Of a stretch of 64,000 nt of DNA, positions 21,773 to 34,203 are shown piece after piece. Each line of letters begins with the position of its first letter. The stretch's first letter is position 1. The DNA is from Azolla caroliniana (Eukaryota > Plantae > Polypodiophyta), in the NCBI GenBank assembly GCA_043228905.1, contig JBHGNT010000007.1, positions 6,510,001-6,574,000 of the forward strand. Reading direction: 5' to 3'. The notes under the pieces were generated by a model. That model did not search any database. It was not told the DNA's origin and saw only the letters and a list, made by a program, of their open reading frames with translations. Made by a program: the position numbers and the translations under genes.

Positions 21773-23327
21773 CATGTAGAGGTCGTCCACTACTCCGCGT
21801 TGGCGGGTATTTGGGTCAGGGGCGACGAGGGCCAACAAGCGAAAGACTCTGGTAGGGCCTGCACAGGTGACCGACCACTAGGATCTCCGATTGGCCGAAC
21901 GCCGATTTCTCCCCGGAGAAGGTGAGCCGCGCGTCATCCACCCTCTGCAACACCTTCTCGCAGTCATTAATATGGTCCACGACGAACCTCCAACATCCAT
22001 CCGGCCCAAATGCCTCGTCCTTATCCTCCATCGGGCATCCTTTGATCGGGATGTCATCCAGGAATGGCATGGTGATGTCTGGGATGCAGTCCCTCAGCAC
22101 CTTGTTCATCGCATTCACCATGTGCGCCACTGAGTTTGTCCCTCCTTGCGGCAGGGTACACATCCGCACTAAGCCGAGAGGGGTCCGCATCGTCGTGATA
22201 TCCCTGCTCTCCACGACTAGTTGGAACTGATCGTACCCCGAGTACAGATCACCGAATGAATAGATCGACCTTCCGGCGAAGGCTTCCGTGAACTCGTCTA
22301 TTGTTGGTCCGATACCTGCATTACAAATGGTCACCCTGTTGACCGGTTGTAGGTCCTAAATGAAGTGCAACGTGCCGCTCTTCTTTGGCACGGTAAACCA
22401 CCAATTCGAGTATGGGGCGTTCGACGGTTCGAGTATGCCCATCTCCACCTTCTGCTTCAGTAGCTCCATCAACTTCGGGATGTGAGCTTTGGGTACTGGA
22501 ATCGGCTTGAGATTCCACAGCACATGCGGCACCATCGGCTCCAGGTCCACGCACCCGATCTCCTCCGGCGAGAATGCAAAGGCTCTCTCGTGCCTTCTGA
22601 GCATCCTCTGAAACCAGTCTTCCTCCGTCGGCAATAGAAACCCACCCCCACCGACCTTGAGCTCCCGTAGCATTATGTCGGTGAATCGGTGCCCTATGCC
22701 GACCGGATGATGTAAACTCGGGTCAGACGCGACCCCCTCTATCCGCTCTCCGCTACCCTTCGGCAAGGGTGTCGCGACTAGCCTCACCTTCCGGTCCACA
22801 GTCTTGTACCTGGTATCCATGTGGGCCGTCCAACCGGACCCGACCCTTTCCCCAAAGTCCACGATGACTTCGTACATCTCCATTGAACTAACTGGAACTT
22901 CTCGGTCCTCACTAAGGCCTCCTTCGAAAACCTTGCGTAATTCCCCCCAGGTATCATTGAAGGAGACCGCCTCCACGGCACTACCAATCTCTTCACCAGG
23001 GCCGAGGACTCCGTACGCCTTGAGTCTTTCTTCTGCCCTCTTCTTTTCCCGGCCACTGAGGCCGACTATAGTACAACCCTCATTATCGGAGATCCAAAAT
23101 TTCCTATCTATGGTACATGTGTGGGGTTCTTCCGGGGTGTTCGGACTATCGTGGCCCCACGCCTTGATAGCCCTCTCTAAAAATCCCCTCAGCTCTCGCC
23201 GCCGAGGGTTTCACGGTTACGCTCATGGTTCGGCCTCATTGTCAAAAATTGAATGGAGCGTTGTCCATCCTAGCTCTTGATGCGTGCGTACGCCGATCCG
23301 TTGTCAACCACCTTCATTTCCATCCGT

Positions 23328-24131
23328 TGACGTGCCTTTCGGCTCCGGATCGTTGCGTGAGTCGGGTGGGAACCACAGAGGTCTTGGACTAGGAGAAAGA
23401 AGTTCGTGAGATAGAGATTAATTATGAGTAAATAGCAAAGAGAAAGATAAGAAACTCGTGAATCACACGAGTATACTATATTAATTGGTACTTAGGGTGT
23501 TAAGAGAGAAGTAGATGTATAAATCGTGAATCCCACGAATAATTTTTGTATTGAAAATATATTTGATCCAAACAATCAACAACAACTACAATGTGCTCCC
23601 CGTCCTTATATAGTGATGGGAGAGACTAAGCATAGCTACATGCTTTTTCTAATATGATCATGCACACTAAATGTGCATGTGATGCTTTTTTTTATTTCCT
23701 AAGTATAGGGCTCATGCACGCTAGATGTGCATGAGTTATTTTTAGTGTCTCGTGTTTTTCTTTTTCATATATTAAAAAAATACACGATTTACCTTTTAAT
23801 AAAGGTATGCATAAATAAAGGTCTTATACGTATTAAATCTATTTTTAAAACACTTAAGATAAGTTAATGTAATGGTAAGGTTGGGGTTTGTCAACGTGGA
23901 GGTGCAAAGTTCGAATCACGCCCTGCGCAGTAGTGAGTATTTCCTTTTATTTTACATTTATGTCTCTTTATCCGACTCTTCCTTGCCGGTATGCCGTTTT
24001 CTTCCTTGCCGGTATGCCGTTTTCCTCCTTGCCGGTATGCCGTTTTCTTCCGGTTCTCACCGAGCACTCCATTCTCTATCCGGAGAGACAAAAATATAAT
24101 TTCCACATAGTGTGCAACCTACACTACGACA
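23328..24131 (-). repeat. 3' LTR (804 bp; three copies of a 23-bp unit)
   Basis: Matches 29799-30582. Confidence 0.93.
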
Positions 24132-27100
24132 CTCGCCCCCTCCAAACCCGCACATCCTCCGGTATGTGCCGAAGTTCTTGATTCCTCGTATCCGTCTTCA
24201 TCCGAAGCTTCCTCCGATTCTCCCCTTATGTCGACTATGAGTTGTAATCCACTTTCTTCGCTTCCCGCATCATTGTGGTCTTCGTCCGATTGCTCCTCGT
24301 TGTCGGTCTCGACTTGGATCACATAAGGTTTGTCGTCGGTCCGCTTCTTGAAAATCTTCACCCGCTTCCCGGCTATAGGCACTCGTAGTATTGTTCCATC
24401 CAACTCGGACAGTCGGTACGTCCCGTTGTCGAAGACCTGCCGAACCTCGTACGGCCCGAACCACCTTTTCGCGAATTTCCGCATCGTTGTATGTTGATGG
24501 TCCAAGCTACTATCATAGACGATCACCCAATCTCCTTCTTCAATCCTCCTCGGTCGTAGTCGGTGCTTTGTGACGAACCGGCTTTTGTTCCGGAACCGTG
24601 CTTCTTGTTGTCGGCGTGACGCTTCCGCTACATCTTTCGGTCTTCCCTCCAGTTGTCGTATCCGGACCGCTAGTAGTTCTTCCCGGCTCATCTCTTCCTT
24701 CCACGGTAGTATTGTCCATGTCGCGATTGCGGTTTCCGTTGGCATTACCGGTGCTTGTCCGGTCATGAGTTCTGCCGGCATGTAACCGGTCACGGAGCTA
24801 TGCGTCGTCCGATCCGCCCATAGTGCATACGGAAGCATTTGTGGCCAATCCTTCACCCTTCCGTCGCATGCCTTCGCAAGTGCTTTCACGATCGGACTAT
24901 GTCCTCGTTCGATCTTCCCGTTGGCCTCCGGATTGTAGGCCGTTGTCAACGTTAACCGAACTCCATGTTTGGCGAAGAATCCCCTAGCTTTGTCCGAGTC
25001 GAGTTCTCCCCGGTCCGCAATCACTTGTCCTACGCAGCCGTACCTACAAAACACTTCTTCCAAAAGAAATTGGCACACCGCGGCACACGTTTTCCTCCGA
25101 AGCGCTCGACCTTCAACTTGGTTTGTGAGATCTTCTCGAGCTAACACCAAGTATTTCTTTTGTCCAATCCCGGTCGGCATAGCTACAATGTCGACCATCC
25201 ACTTGAAGTTGATTGTCGGTGAGAATGTCGGATGCAGCTCATCTCGGTGTCGGACCCCGGAGTAGACTTGACATTTCTCGCAGCTTTCTGTGAACTCCGC
25301 GACATCTTTATACATGTTCTTCCACCAATATCTTTGCTTGATTTTCACAAAAGTTGCTCATGTTCCTCGATGTCCAGCCCAATCGGATTCGTGGAACTCG
25401 GACATTATCCGGTTTCGTTGCTCTTTCGTCCCGACTACTCGAAGTGGTATCCCATCCGGTCTTTTCGGCGTCCTCCATATTAAACCGTTTTCCAAGAAGA
25501 ACTTTTGGACTTGCCTCTTCTTCCTTCGGATCTCGGCTCTCCTTTCTTTATCATTGGTTGAATCCTCGACCTCTTGTAGCATCTTCCCGATCATCAAGGT
25601 TTCCCCCTCGTATTCTTCTTCCCGGAATTCTCGGATCACGTTCACTCGGCATATGTGTTCTGACGTGAAGTAGTCTTCGGAAACTTCTTCATTATCTGAT
25701 TCGGTTATGTCGTCTTCAAACCGCGCCCTCGATAACATGTCCGCTACTGCGTTGTCCTTCCCCGAGATGTGTCGAACCTCCGGATTAAGTGACTTGACAT
25801 ATGCAATCCACCTTAGCATAGCCACATCCGGTATCGTACAACACCGCATCATCCCGAGTATCGGAAGACAATCCGTCTCGATCACCACTTCAGCTCCGAT
25901 CAAATAATCCCGATCCGATTTTATCGCCGACACGACTCCCCACAATTCTCTTTTGACTTGTGCATATCGGCGTTGCCTTTCGTTGAGGACCTTTGCTCCA
26001 AATCGGATCGGATACCGCGAACCATCCGAGTCGGCTTGATTGATGACCCACCCGATACCGGTTGGACTTGTATCAACCGTTACTATGATTGGCCGCTCGT
26101 AGCTTGGCTTCTTAAGTGATTCCGCCCTCCATAGTGTCTTCTTGAGCTTCCTCATGGCTTTAGTGTGTTCCGGTTTCCACTCGAATTTCTTACCTTTCCG
26201 CAACAAGTGATAGAGCGGGTCCGCTATATGTGCATAGTGCGGAATCCATATGTGATAGAATGCACACGCACCCAGAAACCTTCGGACTTCCGATGTTGAC
26301 TCACATACTTCCTTCATAGCTTGAATCGCATCGATCTTTGTTGGTGACGGTCTTCGGCCGTAGGGTCCACATAGATGTCCGACCACCAATATTTCTTCTT
26401 GCCCGAATGCCGATTTCTCCCCGGAAAGTGTTAGGTGCACATCTTCTAGCTTTCGCAACACTTTCTCGCAATCATGAATATGGTCGACCACGAACTTTCG
26501 GCATCCCCGATCATCCATAGTCTCATCTTTTTCTTCCACCGCGCATCCTTTCATCGGAATGTCATCTAGAAACGGCATCGTTATCTCCAGGATGCAATCT
26601 CGAAGCACCTTGTTCATCGCGTTCATCATATGTGCAACCGAGTTTGTCGCTCCTTGTGGTAGTGTGCACATTCGAACTAGTCCTATCGGTGTCCGCATGG
26701 TAGTGATGTCTCGGCTCTCCACGGCTAGTTGGAATTGGTCATACCCCGAGTATAGGTCCCCGATGGAGTATATCGCACGTCCGGCAAAAGCTTCCGCGAA
26801 TTCGTCCACTATCGGACCGACTCCCGAGTTCCGGATCGTGACCTTGTTCACCGGTTGCAAGTCTTGGATGAATCGGAGTGACCCATTCTTCTTCGGAACC
26901 GTAAACCATCGATTTGAGTACGGAGCACTTGATGGCTCTAGAATCCCCATCGCCACCTTCTCCTTGAGCAAGTCGATGACTTTCGGAATATGCGCCCGTG
27001 GCACCGGAATCGGCTTCAGGTTCCACGGTACATGATCAATCGTGAAAATCACCATCGGCTCCACTATCTTTGGATCAATGCATCCGATCTCCCTCGATGT

Positions 27101-27730
27101 GAACGCGAATGCTTTGCCATGTTGCTCCAACATCTCTCGAAACCGTTTTTCTTCTTCTTGTAAGAGGAACCCACCTCCACCGATCCGAAGTTTCTTCCGG
27201 GTCTCATCTGTGAAGGCATGTCCGATATCCACGGACTTCCGAAGTGTCGGATCTCCCGAGACTTCTTTCTTCTTTTGTTCGCTATCGGCGGGTAGTGGTC
27301 CCGCGGCCGGTTTCACCTTCTTCTCCACGGTCTTGTATTTCGTACTTACCATTGCTTCTTCTTTGCGGAGCGCATCCGGCCCCATTTTCGCAACGATCTC
27401 GTACATCTCGACCGATTCCACCGGGACTACCCGGTTCCCTTGGCTTTTATCTTCCGCAAGCTCTTCAAGCCGTTGTAGTGTATTCCCATAGAACACTTCC
27501 TCGATCACTCCCACGATTTCTTCGTCTTCTTTTATTATTGATGCCGACCGTAACTTATCCTCCACTTGTCGGTATTGTTTCTTCATTCCTCCGGTTACGG
27601 CCGTGTACGTAGATGCCCCATCCGGGCCGATTCGTACTTGTTTTGCTCCGAGAGGTTTCTTCCTGTGTAGGGTATCAGGGCTTCTCGGACTATCACTTCC
27701 CCACTCCGCAACAGTCCGCTTTAAAAATCC
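24119..27730 (-). pseudogene. pol: pol with a single TGG>TGA nonsense codon near 25358
   Basis: ORFs 25358-27586 and 24119-25348 are in the same frame (GHRGT*ATF); the -1 frame is open from the slippery site at 27730. Confidence 0.9.
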
Positions 27731-29760
27731 ATTCTCACTTGGGACAAGAGTTCCCTCTTGTTCCTTTCGTGATTTGCCGGTACCGTTAGAAATTGGACGG
27801 ATTTCCCTCCGTTTTGGCTCCGAATTCGCGCAAAAGCCGCACCACTATCGAGCACCTTCGTCTCCATCCGTGAAGCCGTGATAAAGGGTTGGCCGAGGAT
27901 GACAGAATGTGAAACCTCATCCTGCACAAAGAAATTTTGGTCAATTTCGACATCCCCGATCTTTACCGTCACATCCGGACAAGCCGCAAATAGGTCTTCT
28001 GTCGTTTTCGTGGCTGCCCGAATCTTCCATCCATGGTTGGTGTTTATAGGCCACTTCCCCTTTCGGTAGAACTCCTTGGACATCAAGTTGATCTCCGATC
28101 CGTGATCAATCAATGCTAGCACAGGTTCTTTGATGTTGCCGATTCGGACCGGAGTCTCAGTAGTCGCACGTGCCCAGTGTGGCCTTGTATAGTGGGAGTT
28201 CGGAATTTCGCCTTCCACTTCGGTGTCGTTCATTGAAACGGTATTTGCATTCACCCTTGGAGCATTTTCCTCCGTACTTTGTCTCTTCCTTTTCACGAGA
28301 TCCACGAGAAGATCGTGAAACTCCTTCTTCGCTATTCCGAGTAGTTCCCGCAGCGAAAAATCTACCCGGCTATCCAAGATTCTTTCCTCGAACACTCTTT
28401 TCAAGTCGGTTTGTTGTTCTATGTCCGAGGCGAGCTTGAATGCCGGAGTCGCCTTTTCTTTTCCCTTACCTCCGGAGTTCCAGCTTTCCGGTATCTTCGA
28501 TGGTCCGGCCGCATCCTCCGTGCGCCGTCGTTTCTCGTCCACATACACCTCATGTAATTGACACAGGGCGTATATACTATTCTTGTCGACAGGGCACTCC
28601 CATCCCGTAGCTTCCCGGACGCCTTCCGCGGTGTTTCGGATATCGTTGGAGTCGGTTTTCTCGGTGTTTCCTAGCACCTCCGGCCAGAAAGACGCCTTCG
28701 CTCCTGATGACTCCCCGACACATATTCCCGCGGTTGTCGCATAGTTGCTTCTTGCCGCTAACTCCTCCTCGAGCACCTTCTTCATGCCGCCTTTCCGGAA
28801 GTTCAGTCGGAGTGGCTTCCGAGAGTCCATCGAATGAATCCGGTTTCCCTCGTAGTAGATGAGATCCCGTCGTAGCGCCTCCTTATGGTCGTCGCAATCC
28901 CTCCGATCGTGTTCGGCGCTATCGCACCATATGCACCGTCGATCCGTATATTTGGAGCTTGTGGGGCGGTCATCCGACTTCTTCACCATCGTGATCTTTA
29001 GATTCTCCATCTCCTTCAGCAGCTGCTCCACCGTAGACGCGTCGACTCCCTTCTCGGCCGTAATCTCCCGAGCCCTCGGTTGATGGTCTTCCAGTCCCGT
29101 TCTCGGTTTCGGAATCGGTTCCGAAACCCTCTTTTCTTCGTTGGCAAGCCATTGCCCCCTCTTCGTGTACCGCGCGACGATATCCCGCACGCTTTCCCAT
29201 GTTTCGGTGAGGCCGCTTTCGGTGGTCGTGTCCTCAAGAAGCACTCCGAGATCTTTCCGATCCCGGACGTCCACAGCTCGCAAAAACATGATGACTTTGT
29301 CCGGCGCAAGAATAGTTTGATCTCTCGCGGACAACCTCCCGAACCGACTTTCGAATGTCGAAAACACTTCGAGGACCTTCAGCCCCTTACCTGACGTTTC
29401 CACCCAATCCTCGAATCCCCTCCGCGTTGCCTTGGAGGAGTCCTCGATGGCAAACGTGGTCTTTAACGCCTCTTCGAATGCTTCCCACGTCGGATTTTGT
29501 TGTTGCAACCCGTGGATACTCCCTTGAAGCCCGTCGGTCGCCACCCGGTTAAAGGATGTCACTTGCAGTCCTTCCGAAGCCCGGCACCGGAGCATCTCCG
29601 CCTTGTAGTCCTGCAAATATCGCGACACATCCTTACCATTAAATTGCCCGTTGCGTTGCACGAGCCGCTCTACTGATGCCGAAATCTCCGACATCGTGCG
29701 TTGTTCTTGAAGCATCCGTTCGAACATCGCCATCATATTGTTAGCTTGTTGAGCCTCCAT
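27721..29760 (-). CDS. gag: Gag-protease (ORF1)
   Basis: ORF 27721-29847, with a likely ATG at 29760 after the PBS; CIWCDSAEHDRRDC; ALIDHGSEINLM; ends MDF* at GGATTTT. Confidence 0.88.
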   Translation of the reverse strand: MEAQQANNMMAMFERMLQEQRTMSEISASVERLVQRNGQFNGKDVSRYLQDYKAEMLRCRASEGLQVTSFNRVATDGLQGSIHGLQQQNPTWEAFEEALKTTFAIEDSSKATRRGFEDWVETSGKGLKVLEVFSTFESRFGRLSARDQTILAPDKVIMFLRAVDVRDRKDLGVLLEDTTTESGLTETWESVRDIVARYTKRGQWLANEEKRVSEPIPKPRTGLEDHQPRAREITAEKGVDASTVEQLLKEMENLKITMVKKSDDRPTSSKYTDRRCIWCDSAEHDRRDCDDHKEALRRDLIYYEGNRIHSMDSRKPLRLNFRKGGMKKVLEEELAARSNYATTAGICVGESSGAKASFWPEVLGNTEKTDSNDIRNTAEGVREATGWECPVDKNSIYALCQLHEVYVDEKRRRTEDAAGPSKIPESWNSGGKGKEKATPAFKLASDIEQQTDLKRVFEERILDSRVDFSLRELLGIAKKEFHDLLVDLVKRKRQSTEENAPRVNANTVSMNDTEVEGEIPNSHYTRPHWARATTETPVRIGNIKEPVLALIDHGSEINLMSKEFYRKGKWPINTNHGWKIRAATKTTEDLFAACPDVTVKIGDVEIDQNFFVQDEVSHSVILGQPFITASRMETKVLDSGAAFARIRSQNGGKSVQFLTVPANHERNKRELLSQVRMDF

Positions 29761-29798
29761 CTCCTTGCCACCCGTCTTCACGTCGGGTTCACCAACTG

Positions 29799-30582
29799 TG
29801 TCGTGCCTTTCGGCTCCGGATCGTTGCGTGAGTCGGGTGGGAACCACAGAGGTCTTGGACTAGGAGAAAGAAGTTCGTGAGATAGAGATTAATTATGAGT
29901 AAATAGCAAAGAGAAAGATAAGAAACTCGTGAATCACACGAGTATACTATATTAATTGGTACTTAGGGTGTTAAGAGAGAAGTAGATGTATAAATCGTGA
30001 ATCCCACGAATAATTTTTGTATTGAAAATATATTTGATCCAAACAATCAACAACAACTACAATGTGCTCCCCGTCCTTATATAGTGATGGGAGAGACTAA
30101 GCATAGCTACATGCTTTTTCTAATATGATCATGCACACTAAATGTGCATGTGATGCTTTTTTTTATTTCCTAAGTATAGGGCTCATGCACGCTAGATGTG
30201 CATGAGTTATTTTTAGTGTCTCGTGTTTTTCTTTTTCATATATTAAAAAAATACACGATTTACCTTTTAATAAAGGTATGCATAAATAAAGGTCTTATAC
30301 GTATTAAATCTATTTTTAAAACACTTAAGATAAGTTAATGTAATGGTAAGGTTGGGGTTTGTCAACGTGGAGGTGCAGAGTTCGAATCACGCCCTGCGTA
30401 ATAGTGAGTATTTCGTTTTATTTTACATTTATGTCTCTTTATCCGGCTCTTCCTTGCCGCCGGTATGCCGTTTTCTTCCTTGCCGGTATGCCGTTTTCTT
30501 CCGGTTCTCACCGAGCACTCCATTCTCTATCCGGAGAGACAAAAATATAATTTCCACATAGTGTGCAACCTACACTACGACA
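29799..30582 (-). repeat. 5' LTR (784 bp; two copies of the 23-bp unit)
   Basis: Followed on the minus strand by the tRNA-Trp PBS. Confidence 0.93.
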
Positions 30583-31408
30583 CCGTGCCGTCGTAATGTA
30601 TGGCTCGCCGAGTATCACCGGGCGCGAGGAGGTCTCCTGCACAAAGAAGTGTTAATCTATCTCAATGTCGCCGATCTTTACGCGTACATTCGGGCACACA
30701 CTATGCAACTCCTCCGTAGCGCGTGTCGCCGCGCGTATCTTCCACCCGTGCTTGGTGTTGATCGGCCACTTCCCCTTTCTGTAGAAGTCCATGGACATCA
30801 GGTTGATCTCTGAGCCATGTTCTATCAATGCCACCACCGGCTCCTGCACGTCCCCAACCCGGACAGGGGTCTCCATAGTGGTCCTGGCCCAATGCGGCTT
30901 CGCGTAGTAGTTGTCCATCAACTCATCCTCTAGGGTTGTGTCTTCTAGGTGCGTCATCCACACCTCCACGGGCTTCTCCGGTTCCGGCTCCGTCGAGAGC
31001 CGCTTCCGCTTCACCATGTCCACAATGGAGTCATGGAACTCCTTCTTGGCGATTTCAAGCACCTCCCTCAGCAACAACTCCACCTTGCTGTCGAGAATCG
31101 GCTCCTCGAGGACCTTCCATAGGTCCGTTAACCTCTCAATCTCTGTGCTCAACCGGTAACCAGCCCGGTGTTGCCAGCATCGTTCTGCTTTGGTCCAAAC
31201 CGGTTGTTGTACCGTTGTGAGGGACCGGCACCCCCAGCCCTTCCCGCGCGCTTGTCTTCTACCAAAACCTCGTAGTTCTGGCATGCAGCTTCCACGAAGC
31301 CAGTCTTTTCTTAAACCGGATTGTCCCACCCGTTGACCTCCCAGATACGCTGTTCCGCGCGGTCCGCCTGCTCCTTCCTTAGTCGTACCCCGGAGAGGCC
31401 TTCCAGCA

Positions 31409-33495
31409 AACCGTCTTCGGCAAAGATAGAAGCCATCTCTATAATGAAGGAAGAGTGTAAATCGGTTACGGAGGTGCGGAGGTTCCTAGGCACGTGCGCG
31501 TTCTACCACATCTAGATTCCGCACTACGCACACGTCGCGGAGCCACTCTATGGGTTGCTAAAGAAGGGGCGCAAATTTGAATGGGGCAAGGAGCATACGG
31601 AGTTGGTCCGGAGACTGAAGGAGGCGCTTACCGCGGCACTGGCTCTCGGGAAAGCGGTCTACGGCAAGGAGGTTCCCATCTACATAACCGTTGACACAAG
31701 CCCGACCGGCATCGGATGGGTGATCAATCAAGAGGACGAGGGCGGTGCGCGGTTCCCGATCCGGTTCGGGGCGAAGGTCCTCAGTGAGCGACAGTGAGGA
31801 TACACCCAAGTTAAGCGTGAACTATGGGGTATCGTTTCGGCGGCTAAGGCCGACAAAGATTATCTTATAGGGACGGAGGTAATAATCAAGACGGACTGCC
31901 TATTGATTCTCGGTATGATTTCCGGATGCGCGACTCTGGACCTGGCAATGCTCAGGTGGATCGCATACATCAAGTCCCTAAATCCCGAGATACGGCACAT
32001 CTCCAAGAAGGACAACGCCATGGCCGACATGCTTTCGAGAGCGCGGTTCGACGACGAGGACGACATTGTCTCGAAGGACGAGGAAGTCAGCGTAGACTTC
32101 TTTGAGATGGCATACATAACGAGGGAGAGGAGCCCTCTGGCGCTTCACGAAATCTGTGAAGGCGAGTACAACGAGGAGTGGCTCCAGATCGGTAGGTTCT
32201 TGAAGACAATGACACCAGACGCAACGTGGACAAAGGAAGAGGCTAACCGGATCCGAAAGAAAGCTTACCGGTTCTTCCTACGGGACGGGAACATATGGAG
32301 GCTCCCAAAGAAGCGAGGCGGCATTCCACCCCGCGTAGTGGCGAGAAAGGACGAGCAGGACGAGTTGTTAACGGCGTACCACGAGAGTCCTTGGGCCACG
32401 TTCGAGAAACTGAAAGAGAAGTGTTGGTGGCCAGGGCTGTACTGGGATGTGTACCAATTCATGACGACATGTGAAAACTGTCAGATGCACTCCACAATCC
32501 GGCATCGAGACGAGATGCACCCAACCTACCCGCCGACCATCCACTTCAAATGGATGGTGGACTTAGTGACAATGCCGATGCGGGTGGGGCAGATGCGGTA
32601 TCTGGTGCTTGCACGGAAAGATTTAACGAACCAAGTGGAAGGTCGCACGCTGACGAACGAGACGACTGCGATGGTGTGCCGGTTCCTGATCGAAGAGGTA
32701 GTGTGCCGATACGGATGCATGGGGAAAATCGTGGCAGATCGGGGAGAGCTAAACGCGCAGGAAGCTGAGGAGTTGTTCAACCAGTCCGGGGTTAAGCTCT
32801 CCCTCACTACGACGTACAATCCGGAGGTGAACGATAAGGTAGAGCACAGACACGGGCCGATCATGAAGGCTTTGGTACGAGCGTGTGAAGGGCAGGTCGG
32901 GAATTGGTCGCGGCTTCTACCCTACGCGTTCTGGGCGAACCGGACTACACACAGTTCGATGACGGGGTTCATGCCGGCGGAGTTGATGTATGGGCAAAAA
33001 CCGATTATGCCGGTGGAACGGACGATCAGTTCATGGGTCGCGGTGGACTGGAAGGACAAGATGAGCCGGGAAGAGTTGCTGGCGGCACGGATTCGGCAGC
33101 TCGAGCGACGACCGGAGGACGTGGGGCAGGCGATGGCGAAGCTGCGTGCGGCGCGTGAAAGGAACAAAGGCCGGTTCGATCGAACACACCGGCTGAGACT
33201 GAAGAAGATCGAGGAAGGCGACTGGGTGTTAGTGTACGACAATAGCCTTGATAATCAGCACAAGGCGGTGCGTAAGTTTGCGAGGAGATGGTTCGGGCCC
33301 TACACGGTGACAAGCGCGAACGACAACGGGACGTATCATCTCGCAGAGCTTGATGGGACGCGGATAGCGGTACTGGTGGCTGATAAGAGGGTCAAGATGT
33401 TCAAGAAGTGGCACGAGGACAAACCGGACCCGGTGAGCGATGGTAGCGGCGATGCCCGAATCAAGGAAGGCGAGGGTTCGGAAAACGACGAGTGA
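31409..33495 (+). pseudogene. pol: pol 3' part (RNaseH-integrase), with stops
   Basis: ORFs 31555-31797 and 31903-33495 are homologous to the intact pol. Confidence 0.88.
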
Positions 33496-33567
33496 ACTAG
33501 GGCCGGTTTCCGCCAAGGTTGTTCCTACCTGGACGTACCGGTGGACGTGCGGTTTGCTGGGGGTGGA

Positions 33568-34203
33568 TGTCGTGGAGAAAACCGCCCCTAGGAAGAATCA
33601 AAGGGGAAGAAGCGTGACCCAATCCTTTTCGTGTGTGTGTGTGTGTGTTTATGAATTGTACATAGCTAGGAATAGATTGGCTGACGTACATATGTACTAG
33701 GAAGGGTATTAATTGTCTAGGGAATCGATGCGTATCTCTGTCCGAAAGGATAGAAAATAAAGTTGAGATGTTTTGATGTATCGGCCTCCTCGGCGACTTA
33801 TAAAAGGGAGGGGAGGAGAAGGAGATAGGTATCGCGTTTTGGTGAGAACGAAGTGCTATCGGACTGGGAACCGAGCTCTCTCCTCCTCAATCGTTGCTCT
33901 CCACTATGTTTTTGTGTCGGTTGCCTCTGTTGCGTGTATGCCAATGTGCTTCCAGTGGAGGCTCCACTGTGCGTTCTCTGTGTCGTCTGTGTGTGTGCGT
34001 GGGACCTCCATTTTGGGTCTATTGCCAGTTTTCCGGTTGTAATCGTTGTTGACATCGTAATTGAATCTTCCGTTCCCGTCTCTCTCTCTCTCTCTCTCTC
34101 TGAGTTTCTGTGAATCGCTCTCCCTCTTCTTTCTCACGCTCCTTGGTTCAGGGCCCCCGCAGTCCCACCTCATATACACACGCGAGAGCGTAACAACACG
34201 ACA
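33568..34203 (+). repeat. 3' LTR of the inverted element
   Basis: Preceded by PPT TGGGGGTGGA; TGTCG...CGACA ends. Confidence 0.9.

Larger units (their letters stand above)
23328..30582 (-). mobile_element. Near-intact Phygy-like Ty3/gypsy of a second family
   Basis: LTRs 29799-30582 and 23328-24131; perfect TSD CCGT; Trp PBS 29777-29794; PPT 24132-24143; inserted in the host protease (ITTAR|MEMKVVDNG). Confidence 0.95.
20048..34203 (+). mobile_element. Older Phygy-like Ty3/gypsy with an internal inversion (~21852-31408)
   Basis: LTRs 20048-20681 and 33568-34203 (diverged); degenerate Trp PBS at 20687; gag 20723-21772 (+); gag-pro and pol pieces 30652-31329, 22356-22976 and 21816-22334 (-); pol 31409-33495 (+); TSD TCGT/CTGT (probably from CCGT). 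Confidence 0.88.

Noticed and set aside
23978-24052. CRISPR-like short repeats
   Set aside because: The units are contiguous with no spacers, lie in a eukaryotic LTR, and there are no cas genes.
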